A DNA stretch of 64,000 bases. It comes from Gnetum montanum (lineage: Eukaryota; Plantae; Gnetophyta). Shown here one piece after another: positions 12,974 to 27,549 of the stretch. Location of the stretch: the NCBI GenBank assembly GCA_015680685.1, contig MNCI01001687.1, forward strand, positions 346,255 through 410,254. Direction: 5' to 3'. Position 1 is the stretch's first letter; each line of letters opens with the position of its first letter. A program made the position numbers and the translations under genes. The notes beneath the pieces are model-generated. The model did no database searches, was not told where the DNA came from, and was given only the letters and a program-made list of their open reading frames with translations.

Positions 12974-15743
12974 TGTTATCATATTCATACCATTTGATGA
13001 AGAAGATTTTATGAGATAATATTGAAAACTAAATTTCCCAATTTGACTTTTTAATGGTGATTGGAAGATAAGAGTTAGATTATTTATTTCAAAGAGCAAT
13101 AGCAAGAATTTGGTTCTTACATTACATCAGTTTATCAATTTTAGATTTAGTGGTAAATTGGATATTTCAAAGAATGATGATGATAAAAAAATAGATAACT
13201 TTGTACATCCATTTTCTCTTAAAAATATGCAAGAATTTCTTAAAAAACTGACAAGTAACTACATCACATAAAGATCCATTATTATTATATGGGGCCATTG
13301 CAACTCATAATGCCATATTTAATATACAATGGTCTCCAAACAATGGCAATAAAAAATTCTACTTGCAAAATTAAAGATCATAAACAATACAAAGAGTAAG
13401 ATATCCAATTTGAAGGCTCAAGTAGCATTTGATAAATTTTGATAGATCAAGACCATAATTTTAACACAAAGTTAACAAGATTCTTTTTAAGCAGTGGTTG
13501 AAAAAATTGGCAAATTTTTTTGAAAACTTCATCATTATTCCAAAAAGGAAAAATATGTAAAATATGAACTATAGTCACAATTAACAACATAAAATAAAAT
13601 TTCAAAACTTGTAGAATAGCATAGGAACTATAGCTTTTGAAAGAAGAAGATCTAAATGAAATCATAATTTCTAAGGAAAAATGAGCATGCTAGACATACA
13701 ACTATTTTAGGCATTAGAAATTTAGCTTCACATTCAAAATTAAAAGAAGCCCTAAAGTAGTGGTTATCATTAAATTAAAAAATTTAGCTTTAAGAACCCT
13801 AAGAAAATGGTATCCACCATAGCAAATCTCTTCATAGTATCATTAGAAATTTTAATGGTCGCACCTCTTCAACTCCAACTGCTCATTTCACTATCCAAAG
13901 GATCATGCAACCATAGAGCACCAGTGTGGTGAAAACCAAAGTAGAACCTAAAACCCCTATTCCTTGTTCAACATTGTTGATGACTATTTTGGAGCAACAC
14001 CAAGCAAAATAGTGAATGCAAAGACTAGATACAATGCCAGTAGAAGTACCATAGCTGTAGAACCTTAATACTAGGATTTGAGAGCTAAAGTAGGGGATGG
14101 AAGATGTGCAAGAACAACACATCATGGTGGTAGCATGGTAGTGTGCATGATAGCCCTGAAGCCTACGCATGCATGTAAAGGCACACCAAATGTGAACTCA
14201 TGCATATTAGGGTTACATGTCCTTAATAATAATTCTAGTTAAAAATAAATTATTACAAGTGAAGGATTATAGTTTATTTAAATTATAACTGGTAATTTTA
14301 AAAAGGAATATTTATGGTTTAATAAAGGAGAAACTTATAATCATTTGATAAATAAAAATTTAGTTTCTATGGAAATTAAAATCTTCCATGGAAGTTATCA
14401 ATAGGTCTTCTTGATATTTTTAAGATTGTAATTATCAAGAGGACACTTGCCAACTATGTCTTGATTTTCTCATAACTTCTTATAGAAGTTATAACTTCTA
14501 AAGGTATTTATGAATAAATTCCTTGGATATTTGATATTCACCTTAACCTTCAATGATGATTGTAACTACCAAGAAGCCACTATAAAATGGCTTCAAAGGT
14601 AGAATGAAAGGGAGGGAGAAAAGAAGATACTTAGACGAATATTGAAGATTGTAAAAAGCAAATTGCTAAAGATATCAATTTAGCTACTTTTTTTAATCTT
14701 GTAAGTTCTTTTTCTTTCCATTTTTTCTTTATTTATTTACCTAATGGTCTAGAGAGTAATGTGTTTGGCATTTTATTTTAGGATTTTCTAGATTGTTCTT
14801 ATAGCTCCATTTTACACAATATTTTACATCTATTAAGATTTTCCATATAAGAGCTTATGTTATGTTAGAAAAGCATCTTGAGAAATTTAATAGTAATATC
14901 TTATTAAAATTTCCTATTTAAGTTTAGAGAATCTATAAATTATTTGATACTTTGGCATCTTTGAAATAGCTTAATTTTTCTAAAGTTTATTACCTTGTAA
15001 TTATAATTGAATAATTGTCAAATTTTTCTACTAGTTCTAGTGCTTGTAATTCATGAAAATTGTTAACTAGCCAAAATAAATCTTGTACTAGTGTCTTACA
15101 ATGTTTTTTGGTAGTGAATAAGATTTCCTTTTATGAAATTGCTTCTCAAGCTCATAAGGTTTGGGCAATTTCTGAAACTTAGATTAAGTTGGAATAGCTT
15201 TATTGTGAAGTGCTTCATCATGTTCAACATATCTTACCTAAATGCCTGAGATTTACACAAATCTGCTTTCTTTTATTTTCTCTTTCTAAAATCCATTTAG
15301 TATCACTCTATTTCTAGTTTGCTTGTTGAATTTTCTCTCTAGGAGAAACTAGAAGTAGATTCAGAAAATTGTGGTCAACCTTTTCTGTGAAATTTTATGT
15401 GTTTGAAGTAGCATACTATACAAACTATATAGACTAAGTGATTTCACAAAATAGGAATCTTTAATAAATCATAGTATTTGATAATGTTACCCATATTTCT
15501 TTTATGATAGCCATTTATAGTTTCATACAAAAACCCAAGCATTTCAACAATCACAATAACATGCACATACTCATGTTTAGTTCATTTCATAACCACTAAG
15601 TTTATTTGAAGGTATATTGGCCTTGTTATTGCTAGAAGACTAACAAGAACCTAAATCCTATTTTGAGGAACACATTCATTTCCTATGACTTCATCTCACA
15701 AGATTGAGGGCCAAATGTTGGTGGTCCTAAACAGTCGCCAACA
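12974..15743 (+). repeat. 3' LTR of family A copy 1 (~2.8 kb)
   Basis: Begins TGTT after the PPT and ends GCCAACA. The last ~1.2 kb (from the TATA at ~14580) is homologous to 43750-45072. Confidence 0.75.
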
Positions 15744-16360
15744 TGTACATTGAACACCATTCGAAGTAGTATATGGATGTAATTGTTGTACACCACTAAT
15801 TTTGGCAAATCCAACCTTAAAAATAAAATGGAAGGAAGAAGAAATTAAAGTAATGGAAAATATTATTATAAGAATTAAACAAAATTTACATGCTACCCAG
15901 GGAAAATATAATGGATATGTGGACCAACATCAACTTAAGATGGAATTCCATGTGGAAGATCTAGTACTACTGAGAGTAAAACCCACCAAAAATTCCCTTA
16001 AAAATGGAAAATGTACTAATTCGGTCCCAAGATATTAAAAATCCTTTCAAATCTCCAAAATAATTGGCAAAATATCTTATCTTTTAAATCTTCCAATAAC
16101 CTTAAGAATTCACCTAGTCTTCCATGTAATTTTGTTAATGAAATTTCATGAAAATGATGTGCTATATGTGCTAGATTGGAATACTTTGCCCTTGAGATCC
16201 AATGAAAACTTCAAATACAAACAAATTACAATAAAGAATCACTAAACCAAGAAGCCTAAAAATAAAACTATTAGCAAAGTACTTGTTCAATGGTTAAATT
16301 GTGATCAACAAACTTGGAAAAATAGGCAATTCATTCTCAACACTTACCCCTAACTTTTTG
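15744..16360 (+). pseudogene. pol: Family D: chromovirus integrase C-terminus (GPY/F region) plus chromodomain
   Basis: TPFEVVYG...EFHVEDLVLLRVKP...PRY..F.I...IG.ISY.L.LP..LRIH.VFHV..L, then KNKTISKVLVQW....TW.....NTYP.LF, a Tekay/Del-like chromodomain pattern. Confidence 0.85.
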
Positions 16361-16561
16361 ATCATCATGATATAGAATGATAAATTATATCTATTACTAG
16401 GTAATGAATTATATTTAATAATTTATACTCTTTATTTTTACATATGGTAATGAAGATAATAATGAAGCTAAAGCTAAGAAGCATAATGAGGAAGCAACAA
16501 CGAAGTAGTTGGATATAAAGGAAGTTCTCAAGGATGAGTTTGATGTTTGAGAGGGGTATAT

Positions 16562-17057
16562 TATAACATCTTGATCATTGGTAGTGGTATAATTGTATTG
16601 TAACAATGTAATTTACCTTTGAAAAAAGGGGTGCCTCATTATGTAGAGTTATGATTATTCATAGTACCCCTTAGGAATGAGTTTTTTGTATGTCATTTAA
16701 GGTCAAGTTTAGAGGTTATGACAACATAAAGTTGAGGAGCCTAAATTGGAAAGTAATAGGAGTTGGATGAAACTAGATAAGAAGGGATTGATCAACCCTT
16801 TGGCTAGATAGCCTAATTGTGGTGGCAATGTTAGATTTCATCTAAGGCTTAAGTGGTATGGGAAGATAACCTAGATGGCATTATAATGTGCCATTCTCAT
16901 CAATAAAATATTTTCTATATTTTCCTTCTACTTTAAATTCATTTCATCAATAATTTATCAATTCATTTCATGGTATTTCCGTTATAATTCTCATGAATGT
17001 AATGAATTGAGTAACAAATGATTGTGTTTTAATGACATTTAGGAATGGGATGTCACA
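16562..17057 (+). repeat. 3' LTR of chromovirus family D (~500 bp)
   Basis: Preceded by PPT GAGAGGGG at ~16549-16556. Termini T(G>A)TAACATC...GATGTCACA. Shares sequence blocks with family C LTRs. Confidence 0.8.
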
Positions 17058-17543
17058 TTGATAGAGTAACCAATGACAAACTAGAGGTTTAGGAAGCTAA
17101 GAATATATATCTACATAGGTTAAACAGTTAATATTCAAAGTTGAAGAGGCTAAATTAGATAGTCCTAAAAATTAATTTTCTAGGCATAATTAGTTACCCT
17201 AGATTGTGGCCTTCTAAGACAGTTTATGACATCATTGAATTTTTGGTTACTTTGATGATAAATCTAACCTCACCATTAAGTTTAGAGGGTTGGAAAATGT
17301 CAAAATTGAGTATTTCATATGTTAGAAATATATCTTTTATGTCAAAGTTATGCTAAAATGAACCTCTAAGGATCTTAAGATATCATGTTGGGAAATGAGT
17401 GAAAACTAATTTTTAGAGTTCAATGTCATAGACTTGACTTCTCCATTGCATCTAGAAGGTCAAACTCCATGGCAAAAAACTCTTTGTTTACTAAAAAGGA
17501 CTTTCAAAATAAAAATTTATGACTTCTAAGGTTTAGAATCTTT

Positions 17544-17621
17544 GGTGCAAAAAATGACACTTCCTAAGAGGTACACCATCATAGCACTACTCGAAGACGA
17601 GTGCACTTAATTACAAAATTC
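17544..17621 (-). pseudogene. 5S rRNA-derived segment inside family C copy 1
   Basis: Reverse complement GAATTTTGTAATTAAGTGCACTCGTCTTCGAGTAGTGCTATGATGGTGTACCTCTTAGGAAGTGTCATTTTTTGCACC aligns to the 3' two-thirds of plant 5S rRNA. Confidence 0.75.
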
Positions 17622-18064
17622 TTATCATATTTTCTACCAGTGCACCAATTTGTTTTTAAAAAAACTTTATTTGAAACTATAAATTTAAATTAACATTATT
17701 ATTTCTAAATAATGAAAATTTTGAATTCTCCATCAGTTGATGAAAAATTTGAATTTTCTATTGGTTGATGGAAAAAATTTTCTATCACCAAGTTAGGGTC
17801 AAGGATGGTGGAAGTGGCTCCAAGGACATAAGAGTGGTATGTAGGGGCATACAAAGAGAATGGCCATAGTAATGGGTAGATGTTGAGAAGGCACAATGGT
17901 TATAGTTGGCCTGCATTCCCTTCTACCAAGGCTTTGATGGCCCAAGTTGATTTTGTGTGGTACTTACTAAGGCCTCTATCACCTAGGTGGGCTTCCACAA
18001 CCCTCGCTAGGTTGTACCTAGCCCATGTAGCTATCTATGTAAATTGATGTGACATAAAGCTAGG

Positions 18065-18500
18065 CAAGGATTTTTCTATAGTAGAGCTAGAGTAGGTGAT
18101 AATATTTGATGCTAGTAGTGTTTATGGTCCATTGGACGAGGTGAAAATTCTTGGTGTGAGTGGTATCCATGATGCACTGGAGGGGATGATGATTCTCAAC
18201 ATTGGAGGTTTCTATCGTGCACAAGAGAAGGTGGTGATTCTTAGTGTTAGTGGTTATCATGATGCATTAGAGGAGGCAACAATTCTCGGTGTTTTTGGTG
18301 TCCATGGTGCATCTAAGGAGGTGATGATTCCTAGCATTTGTGCTCTCCATGGTGCTCTATAGGGGATGATGATTCCAATCACCAACAATGTTAATGATCC
18401 ATTAAAGGGGCTGATGATTTCCAATAGTAGCTATTTCATGTATGTGCTACAGGGGATGAAAATTCCCAATGTTGCTGGTACACACAGGTACTATGCACGA
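18065..18500. repeat. Degenerate 42-bp tandem array (~10 units) in the family C internal region
   Basis: Recurrent GAGG(T/G)GATGATTC...CCATG(G/A)TGCA units at 42-nt spacing. Confidence 0.8.
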
Positions 18501-20697
18501 TCAAAAATTATGATGGATTTTTCAATGTTAGTGACAGAAAAAATAGTAGAGAAGGTGGGATAGGTGGGATAGGTAGTAGGAGGTGAAAGATGTGGTGAAG
18601 GTTTCTACAATAAGTGAGGGTTTGTGTAATGGTGGTAGGCCATGAAGGCATGATAGGCACGTGGAAATAAATGTGTGAGAGATGATAAGGGTTGCACTCA
18701 AGCATGATGCCATGCAAAATGGCTGGAGGAGAACAACTAGTATAGTGTAGTAGGCTGGCACATGGCACATGTAGGCATGGTAGTAGTTGAAAGGAAAGGT
18801 GGTAGGTAGTGAGCAAGGTGGTGTTATGATACATTGTCATAGGTAATGGGTGTGGTTAACAATAGTGAACTAAGGCATGATCAATTTCATCCTATGTAGG
18901 TCTGTGTAGCCTTACAAGTCGGTATGGCCCTTAGAATTTATTTTTTATTATCATTTATATTTATTTACTTTAAATAAAGGGGCCATAGTGGTATTAGGAA
19001 GCAACAAAGGTATTAGTAAAGCAGGAAACAACACAATGACAATGAGCAATGGTGGGAAGCAAGTATGTAGTATCATGATGGTAGGAGGCATAACCTAGAT
19101 GTAGTGGTAGGTGTGAGGCTAGGGTAGTCATTAATATGCCTACATGACCCCACATAGATTGCTTTGGTTGCATTGGCCCTTGTAAGGTCACATGGCCTAG
19201 CACAAAATATTTTATTTTATTTTATTATTTTATTGATATCTCTCAAATTGTAGTTCTAAGTCAGAAAAAATATGTACCATTAGAATTTCCTCAAGGAGTA
19301 TTATGCATTGAATATGGTTTCAAGGTCCAAAAACCAATTTGGATTTTCAAGATTTTGAAAGATCCAAACTAGCTTATTCTACCAAATGGTATTACTAGAT
19401 TGACGTATGGGTGACATTATCATAGATGATATTTCAATCTTTGGACATGAAGAAAATACTTTGACCTTATGGATTGACAAGTATGATGTAAGCCTATCCT
19501 CTTACATCAAACTTAGATCCTAGGTACTATGGAGAAGCAAGATATCTTAATATTACCAACAAGTACTAGTTTTCCTATGAGTTCCATGATAATAACCTTT
19601 ATTAATTGGGTGACAATGAACCAATCTTATTACTAAGTTAACCTCCTTAAACTTACTAGTATCTTTACAATTTTTATGTAAGGATTGGTAACACCAAGTT
19701 ATAAGGACTAGGTATTTAGAGATAATAAGTTCAAAACTAGATAATACTAACTTAGAAAATGTTTATTACCCTTCTAAAATAAAATTAACAATGATTTTAA
19801 TCCATTTATATTTTAATAACATTGCAAGATGGATAACAATTTCCTAGACTAGTGTATATTTATCTTACCAATGTTTCTTGCAATTGATGTACCTTGGTGA
19901 GGCATAGTCAAATATCCTAATCACTAATATCCTTGAAGGAATCTTGGTTCGTGGTGTTCATGTTGAATATGATACACTTCATAGTTCTTTTGTAGATGTA
20001 TGAATCATCTTGGACATATGACACATCTAGCAATAGTCTGTGACTTTTCGTGGATCTTGCCTCCATGGTTAATCATTAGGTTGTAGTCAGCCCATGGTTA
20101 TGATTGGCCCTTGGTTCATGGTTTTCTTTGATACCAAATGTAAAATACTATTCCTTGATGTCATGGAAAACATCAAATATAATTTATATTAGATATTATG
20201 TGTAATAAGATAATATACCAAACATCAAATATTGTAACATTTAACATTATGCATATAGAAAATAAAAAGAAAAATGAAAAATAAAAAGGGAGAAGAATGC
20301 TTTATTGATGTATAATAGTGTATCTAGATCATGGTATTAAAGTGTTCATTAGGGTTCTTTTCCTTAGGCATCTATCCCTTAGAGGCAATCTAGCACTACC
20401 ACCATGGTTAGGCCTATCACTAGCCAAAAGGGATGGCAAATCCTCTTCCTACCCTGCTTCACCCAACTTTTACTAGCTTCAGAACTCCATGTTGACACAA
20501 CCTCTAAGCCCAAGTATAAACGGCTTAGATCAAACCTTGAGAAGTTGCCTTGAGAGACACATCCATTATTACAACATGTCATTTTAGGTCTTAATTACAT
20601 GTCCCTTTTGGATCTTGTTATGCTAATCTCACCATTATTTATAAAGAGGCACCATCTTTGTTATATAGTAGCACAATTTGGGAACGGGGACATTACA

Positions 20698-23600
20698 AAT
20701 CCAAAAACTTAACGCAATGGCTAATCCAACTCCTATCAATTTTGTTTTATCATTTAGTCTCATTACATTTGAAATATTATCATGATATCCTAAAGGTCAC
20801 TTCTAAGTATTTAAATATTAATCCATTCAATAGCTTGAATCTATATCATCCAAGGATTCTTCTTCCAAAGTTTTCTCCATATAATTGATTTTTTATGGAT
20901 GGCCCTAATAGTCGAATTCTAATTCTAATACTTTGGAGTCAACTAGAATTTCTTCTTCTTTTCATTTAGCTAACTTGTCTTGAATTTCTTGATGTTTATA
21001 TTTTTATTATTTTATACAAGAATTAATCTTGAATTTTGATAAGACTTCTTCAACTTGATAATTTGTTATTAACTTGAAGTTGGAGTAAAAACGTTTTTGG
21101 GGTATATTGCTAGAAAATATTTACAAATGTAGTTTCCATGGAAATGAAAACCAAATCAAATTTATGTATATAATGAACCACACATGATATATAATATTAC
21201 ATCAAATGGTAATAAATAATTTAATTGATTCTAAAAAGATGGAAATAGGAGTTATCACTATACATGAGTTTTCTATCATGTATTCATGGAAACAAGAAAA
21301 ATAATATCAAGACATGTACTACAATGGAACATGTAATTAAAAAATATTTTGAATAGGTATTATGCTAAATTATCCAAGTGGTCATAAAATATATAAATTA
21401 ATACACTTGCAATTTTATTAGGAAAATAATAAAGCCGAATTAGAAGTTATCTATAGAGAAATTACATTACCAATTTAGGAAGAAATCAAAAGCATAAGCA
21501 TCAAAGGTTATTCTAAAATAGTATGTGATAAGATCCAAGGACAATACATTGTAAGAAGCTCATTTCCTAAGTCATAAAAATAATTGATGCCTAAAATCTT
21601 GGATATATTTAAATATTATAATATTAAAAATATTAGAAGAGAAGAAAATCAATTGGTAGATGAAGTAGTAACAATAGCATCCACTTTAGATTTCTTAAAA
21701 GTGGCTAGATATAAAAGAGTTGTAATTGAGCTTGAACTAGAGCCATTAGTTCCTCATAATAGTAATAGTTTTTATGTGATTAAAGATGGTAAACAATTAT
21801 TGATGTCTTTTAAAATAAAGGAAAATTTAAATATATTTCTCGTACAAAAAATAGTAGTCAACGTTTAGTAAAGTCAAGAAAAAATTGATCAAGGATAAAG
21901 ACAGATAGAATCTTGAAGACCAATCCTACGTGATTATAAATTTAGTCTTTTAAAAAGATCTAGTAACCTTAATATTTAAAAAATATTAAATCCCCAAATA
22001 AAAACAATGAAATTTTTTAAAAGAAAATTTTGATAGCTTTGCATATTCTTATGATAATTTGAAAATGTTCAATCCAAACATAATGACTCTTAACATACTA
22101 TTGATTAAAGGATGTAGGATTGTAAAATAGAAGTTGAGAAAGTATATTCTAGCTTTCAAACTAGCTATGGAAAATGAAATAAAAAATCTATTATAAGAAA
22201 AAATAATATATCCTATGTGTTACTTAATTTAAATGGAAAATCTAGTTCCTATCAAAAAGGAAATGGAGAAATTAGGTTGTGTTGATTTTAGAAATCTCAA
22301 TGAAGCTTCAATCAAAGATAAGTATTCCTTATGAAGGATAGATAAAATGCTAATTAGAGTATAAGGATGGAAGCCTTGCTTATTTTCGATGATGTCTCAG
22401 GATATAATCAAATTTTTATGCATAGTAATGATAGCTAAAAAATTATTTCCACTACAAAAAGCGAAATGATTATTTATAACATAATGTATTTTGAACTATT
22501 TAGTGTTGAATAAATATTTTAATAAGATATAAATATAGCTTTTAAGGGATTAATTGATTAATTATTAGAAATTAATCATACAGCTCATCTTCAAAAAATA
22601 TTTGATACATGTCAAAAGTATAGTATTTCATTAAATATAAAGAAAAGTATCATTGGAGTTCAATCTAAGACTTTATTAGAACATGTGGTCTATTAAAAAT
22701 AAATATCCATTGAAAAAAACATTTAAGTAATGTAAAATATAGAATATTCAACAAACAAAAAGTAATTATGCTATTTCTTTGAAAAAATAATTTCATTAGG
22801 ATATTTATTCTTTGATTGATAAAAATAAATAGACATATACTCTTAATGCAAAAGATGTGCAATTTAGAAAGGCTAAAGAATTAGTTCAAGCTTTAGAAGA
22901 AATAAAAGAAGCTACATGGAGGCTCCTTAAAAATAAAAATACACATTGAAAGAGATTTTTTTGGCTTTATTTATTTATACCAAAAGACTCAATAGCTATC
23001 GTGTTAGCACAAAAGACTAACAATGAGGAAAATCCAATTAAAAATTAGCATATTAATTAAAAGATTATAAAAGAAATTATTTTGAATTGAAAAGATAGCC
23101 ATATTCTATTACCAAAGATTTAATTTATTTTAAATACTATTTAGACATTAATATAGTTCATAATATGATCATAAGACATGCAATAACATAATTTCTATGG
23201 CAAACTAAAATTGAACTTAAAAGAGAAAATTGAATGATTAATTTATCACAATTCAAATTCACTCTTGAGGCATGTAGAAATTTTAAAAATATGGGACTAC
23301 CTAGGATAATTACTGAACAATTTGAAAAAAATTTGATAGCCTCAACTAATACTAGAAATTTGTATGAAAATACTTTCACATTTTTAATTCATAGAAAAAG
23401 TCTAAAGGATTTGATTGAAGATAAAAGGTCATATTTCATTTTAAAAATTAATATATAATAACAAAAGTATGTAATGAAAATATTTTAAAGAAATATTATT
23501 GGAACGTTTTCCTAACTAGAAGATTAGTAGGTTTGTTGATTAATTCCATTCTTAACATGGGTTTTATGAATCTTGTAGAGCAACAATGTAACATGTTTTT

Positions 23601-25980
23601 GAGATAAAGTTTTTATTGGCTCATTATGTATGAAGATCTCAATCCTAAAATTGAAACATGTTTCAAGGATTAAATTCATGAACTAGGACTTAATAAAGGG
23701 AGTGGTCCCTTAAATTTAGTAGTGGTAGAACAACCTTTTTAATGATGGAATTTCAGCTATATAGTAACTACTATCCCATCAAAATCTAGACATCAATTTA
23801 TGCTAATAGCAACAAAATATATTACTAAATTTCTTGAGCCAAAGCTTTGAGAAAAGGTATTTCATTTAAAATAATTTAGTTGTTAGAAGAAAATGCTATT
23901 AATTATTTTGGATAATAAGAGTCTTTGACAATGAATAATGGACCTTCCTTCTAATCTATAGAATTCTTAAAGTACACTTTAGAAAAATTAATACATTTAT
24001 TTTTTTCTTCAAACTATTACCAATAAGGAAATCATTTGGATGAATCAATGAGTAGGAAATTAATGTCAGAATTTACAAGAAACTTTATGGATAGGTTGAA
24101 CAGTGATAAAAAATTAATACCTACTTTACTATTAAATCTGGTTTACTAAATGAATGCCCATATAACAAATAAGATTATGTCATTAATGGATAAATTTGTG
24201 AATTATGATATCCTACAAAAAAAAAGGATAGGTGTTTAATAATATTATTGTTTAAGGATGAGATAGAATTAGATAAATCCAAGAATAATCTTTGGACAAT
24301 GCAGCTATAGTGAAAAAATGGTTTCATTAAAAGGAAAATAACAATGCATTTAGAGAAGAAGTAGTTTTACCATGGGAATTTCAGAAAATAAATAATGATA
24401 CTCTATTTATAAGAAATTGGATTAAACCTCTAGTCATTAAACATCTTGTGGTAAAACAATGTTCACATTGATAACTATTGATGATGAGATACCTAATTAG
24501 CTTTACCAAAATCAACATAGTTTCAAAAAGGTTAGGTGATTAATAAATTTGAAAGAAAAGTTGGTTTTGAGTCTTGAGCTATAAATCATCTAAGTTCAAA
24601 ATGATGTTTTGAGCTAGGGTAACAAGAGGAAACTTTCACTACAAAGAAATTTTCTATTTCATGTAAATATAGTAAGAATAAATGAAATGTTGTTTATAGC
24701 TTATCTCTTTGGCTACTATCCTAAACATGTCCAAAGAGCTTACTATAGGGCTTGTACCTATGTTATTCCTTACAACTATCCATTCATGATAGGGATATTA
24801 GATGAATTCATTATGATAAATAGAGGAAAATGAATTCTTACATAATAATGGATTAATTTACCTAACCATTAAAATTTGATCCTTACTTATGAATTAGAAG
24901 TAGAAAAAATCTATAATCAATACTTTAAGTATGAGGAAGCTGTAGCTTCCTAGTCAAAGGATAGAATTTATAAAGAAAATTGAATAGCAAATGGTAATGA
25001 ATTTGAAAATATTTTGAACTATAGAAATCCAATATAGCATGGTCTAAATCATAAAATAAAAGAGGAAGAGAAGCCAACACTAAATGCTTCTTCAAGGATA
25101 CCCATCCAAATCAACATAGAGATATAGTATTGATGTTGCAACAAAGAGATAAAACTTGAGGAATATTATGATAACTATAAATATAAACCATTATATAATC
25201 CCTAAGATTGAATTACTTTGTGTTTTCTATGTAAATAATTTGATTTTCAACAAGGATAAAAAATGGTTATTTTATTTTTTATGTATTAAGCTAGTAAGGA
25301 CATTCTATTAAAAGAGATTTATGTTTTAAGATAAGATTGTAGGATCTTATTTATTAAAATAAAAAACTTGCTTTAGGCTAGTTTAACTTTCTATTTTTAT
25401 AGGGGTAAAATTATTTTTGAAATTATATTACTTCAAGAAATAGATGATCTAAGGCCAAAGCTTAGGTGAGATTATAATTCGAAGTTCTGGCACCTATAAT
25501 ATATAGGTCTTCATACTTCAATGAAGTCTAAAGTGAATTTTAAGTTCACTTAGACATAAATGATATCAAGATGTAGATTATTAGGTTTTCTAAAGATGTC
25601 TTATAATCTATAGTTTATGAGCTCTTTCAAAATTTTTATTAAGATTAAAAGGAAAGCATAAAAGAATGAAAAAATTAAAGGGCTCTACAATGAAAATTTC
25701 AATCAACTCTTTAATTAAATTTGGTATAAGAAGGTTCAACTAAGACTAGCTAGAATATGAGTGATTATCCAAAATAGGTTTTCACTATAGTATATTAACT
25801 AGAAAAACTAGTTCCAAATAGGCATTAGTTAAAGCATCTCTCCTCAAGAATAGAAATTATTTTAACAAGATTTTGTTCCATTCTAGCCATAGAAGAACAT
25901 CTTTGAGTAGAAAAGCTATATAGAGAAAAAATATGTTTTTACATTTTATTTCTATCATTGTTAGCTTTAAGAAACTCAAA
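20698..25980 (+). mobile_element. Family A copy 2: heavily decayed, internally deleted Tat-type element
   Basis: gag start-like MANP... at ~20716; aRH at ~21400-21700; RT at ~22100-22700; RH/INT to ~24480; 3' ORF at ~24680; PPT-like ATAGGGG at ~25400. Confidence 0.75.
24680..25235 (+). pseudogene. Family A 3' extra ORF, decayed copy
   Basis: FIAYLFGYYPKHVQRAYYRA...PFMIGILDEF..INRG matches the N-terminus of 50656-51168; TATAAAT at 24580. Confidence 0.65.
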
Positions 25981-27549
25981 TGATACTACTCTACATTCAC
26001 AAATTCTACTACTCCATAAAAAACATGATGTCTCTTCATAGCAAGTATTATAATTATTGTAATAAGACACAAAATGATAAGTTATAATTAATACTTGAAA
26101 ATGTGTATTGTAATAATGGGCACGTCTCTCGAGGTTATACATAGCCATTAGAGATCATATGAGCATAGAGTTGCAAAACTAGTCAATGTAAGCAACAAAT
26201 GTTAGGTACAATGCTATAGAGAGATGACTAGAAATTCCTTTTAGTTGAGTTTAGGCCTAACTATCATGGTATTGTTGAAGTGGCTTTAAGGTATAGATTC
26301 TTAAGGAAAATAATCACAAAAAACCCTCAAAGGTTGACCCAGATACATTATTCTACATTAATAAAGCATTTTTATTTTCCTTTGATATTTTTCATATTAT
26401 TTTCTCTATACATAATATCAAATGTTTTATACATTTTACAATTTCCATGACATTTAGAATCTAGATGTCAAATTTGGTATTATAGAAATAATAAGTTAAG
26501 AACCAATCATAATCAAAGGCTATCTATAATTTGATAATGAACAAGGGAATCCTAACCATGAAGATCAATGAATCACCACCAAATGTGCCTTTTACCTCAA
26601 ATGATCCAAGATAGAAGATACTCTTTTAATGATATTTATGAATAATTAAGTATGTACCACACATATACAAGATAACCATGAACATGAATCATGTTTAATA
26701 TGGATCCCAACAACTAGTAAGATTCTTTCATAGTGGGTTCCATGAATATCACTAACCAAGAAATCTTATTAAGCTTCAAAAATGTCCATCCACTATAAGA
26801 GATGCTAGTAGGACAAGGATACATTGATCTAGGCAACACTTATTCATCTTGTAATATTAATAGCATGTTAATTAATTAATGCTTTTTATGTTCCTTCCAA
26901 GATATTAGTAATATCCTTAGTCAACCATGTATTACTTGTTACTTACTAACACTAAATACCTTGCCTCAATAACTTAATATTACCAAGCCTTATCTATGAC
27001 TTATCTATTAGTAAGTTTTGGGAATTAAAACTAGCCATAAGACTATCTTACCCTTCATTAAAGAATAATAGTTAAGAGATTCATAGGAAATCCAATACTT
27101 GGTGGGCAATCTTGTGATGCCTCACTTCTTCTTAATACCTTGCTATGATATTTTCATGATGCAAGAGTATAGGCCTACATCACACTTGTGAAATTGTAAA
27201 GGTATATGTGTTACATTTTTTTTCACTAGTCAGTATATAATTTATAATCAAATCTAAGTTATCTAGAAGTCATCATGCTACTTGCACATCAACCTAGTAA
27301 TCTTGATTTGGAAAACTAGGCTCTTTTTATCTTTTCAAATTCTAAAAAATAAACATAGCTTTTGAACACTAAAACTATGCCCAACATATAGTACTCATCA
27401 AGATGATTCCAATCGTACTAATTTTGTTCCAATGAAACATATGGTTTAGCAAATATTATTGTTCAAAATTTCTCATTATGCATGAATTTATAAAATAATA
27501 TATTAATTAATGATTTATAATTATCATTTTTAACAAATGTCAAAATTTT

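Larger units (their letters stand above)
7866..15743 (+). mobile_element. Family A copy 1: 5'-truncated, decayed Tat-type gypsy element (PR-aRH-RT-RH-INT, 3' ORF, 3' LTR)
   Basis: Colinear homology with 46860-54427. Starts abruptly at the protease active site. PPT-like GAAATGGGGTAGAAGAAG at ~12956-12973; LTR ends AGTCGCCAACA at 15743, as in the intact copy. Confidence 0.9.
17058..20697 (-). mobile_element. Family C copy 1 (5' part): LTR 20139-20697, PBS-Met 20126-20136, non-coding internal region with 5S-like segment
   Basis: Reverse-strand LTR homologous to 37830-38405; TGGTATCAAAG directly after it; internal region colinear with 33444-35950; cut off by the family D LTR at 17057. Confidence 0.85.
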
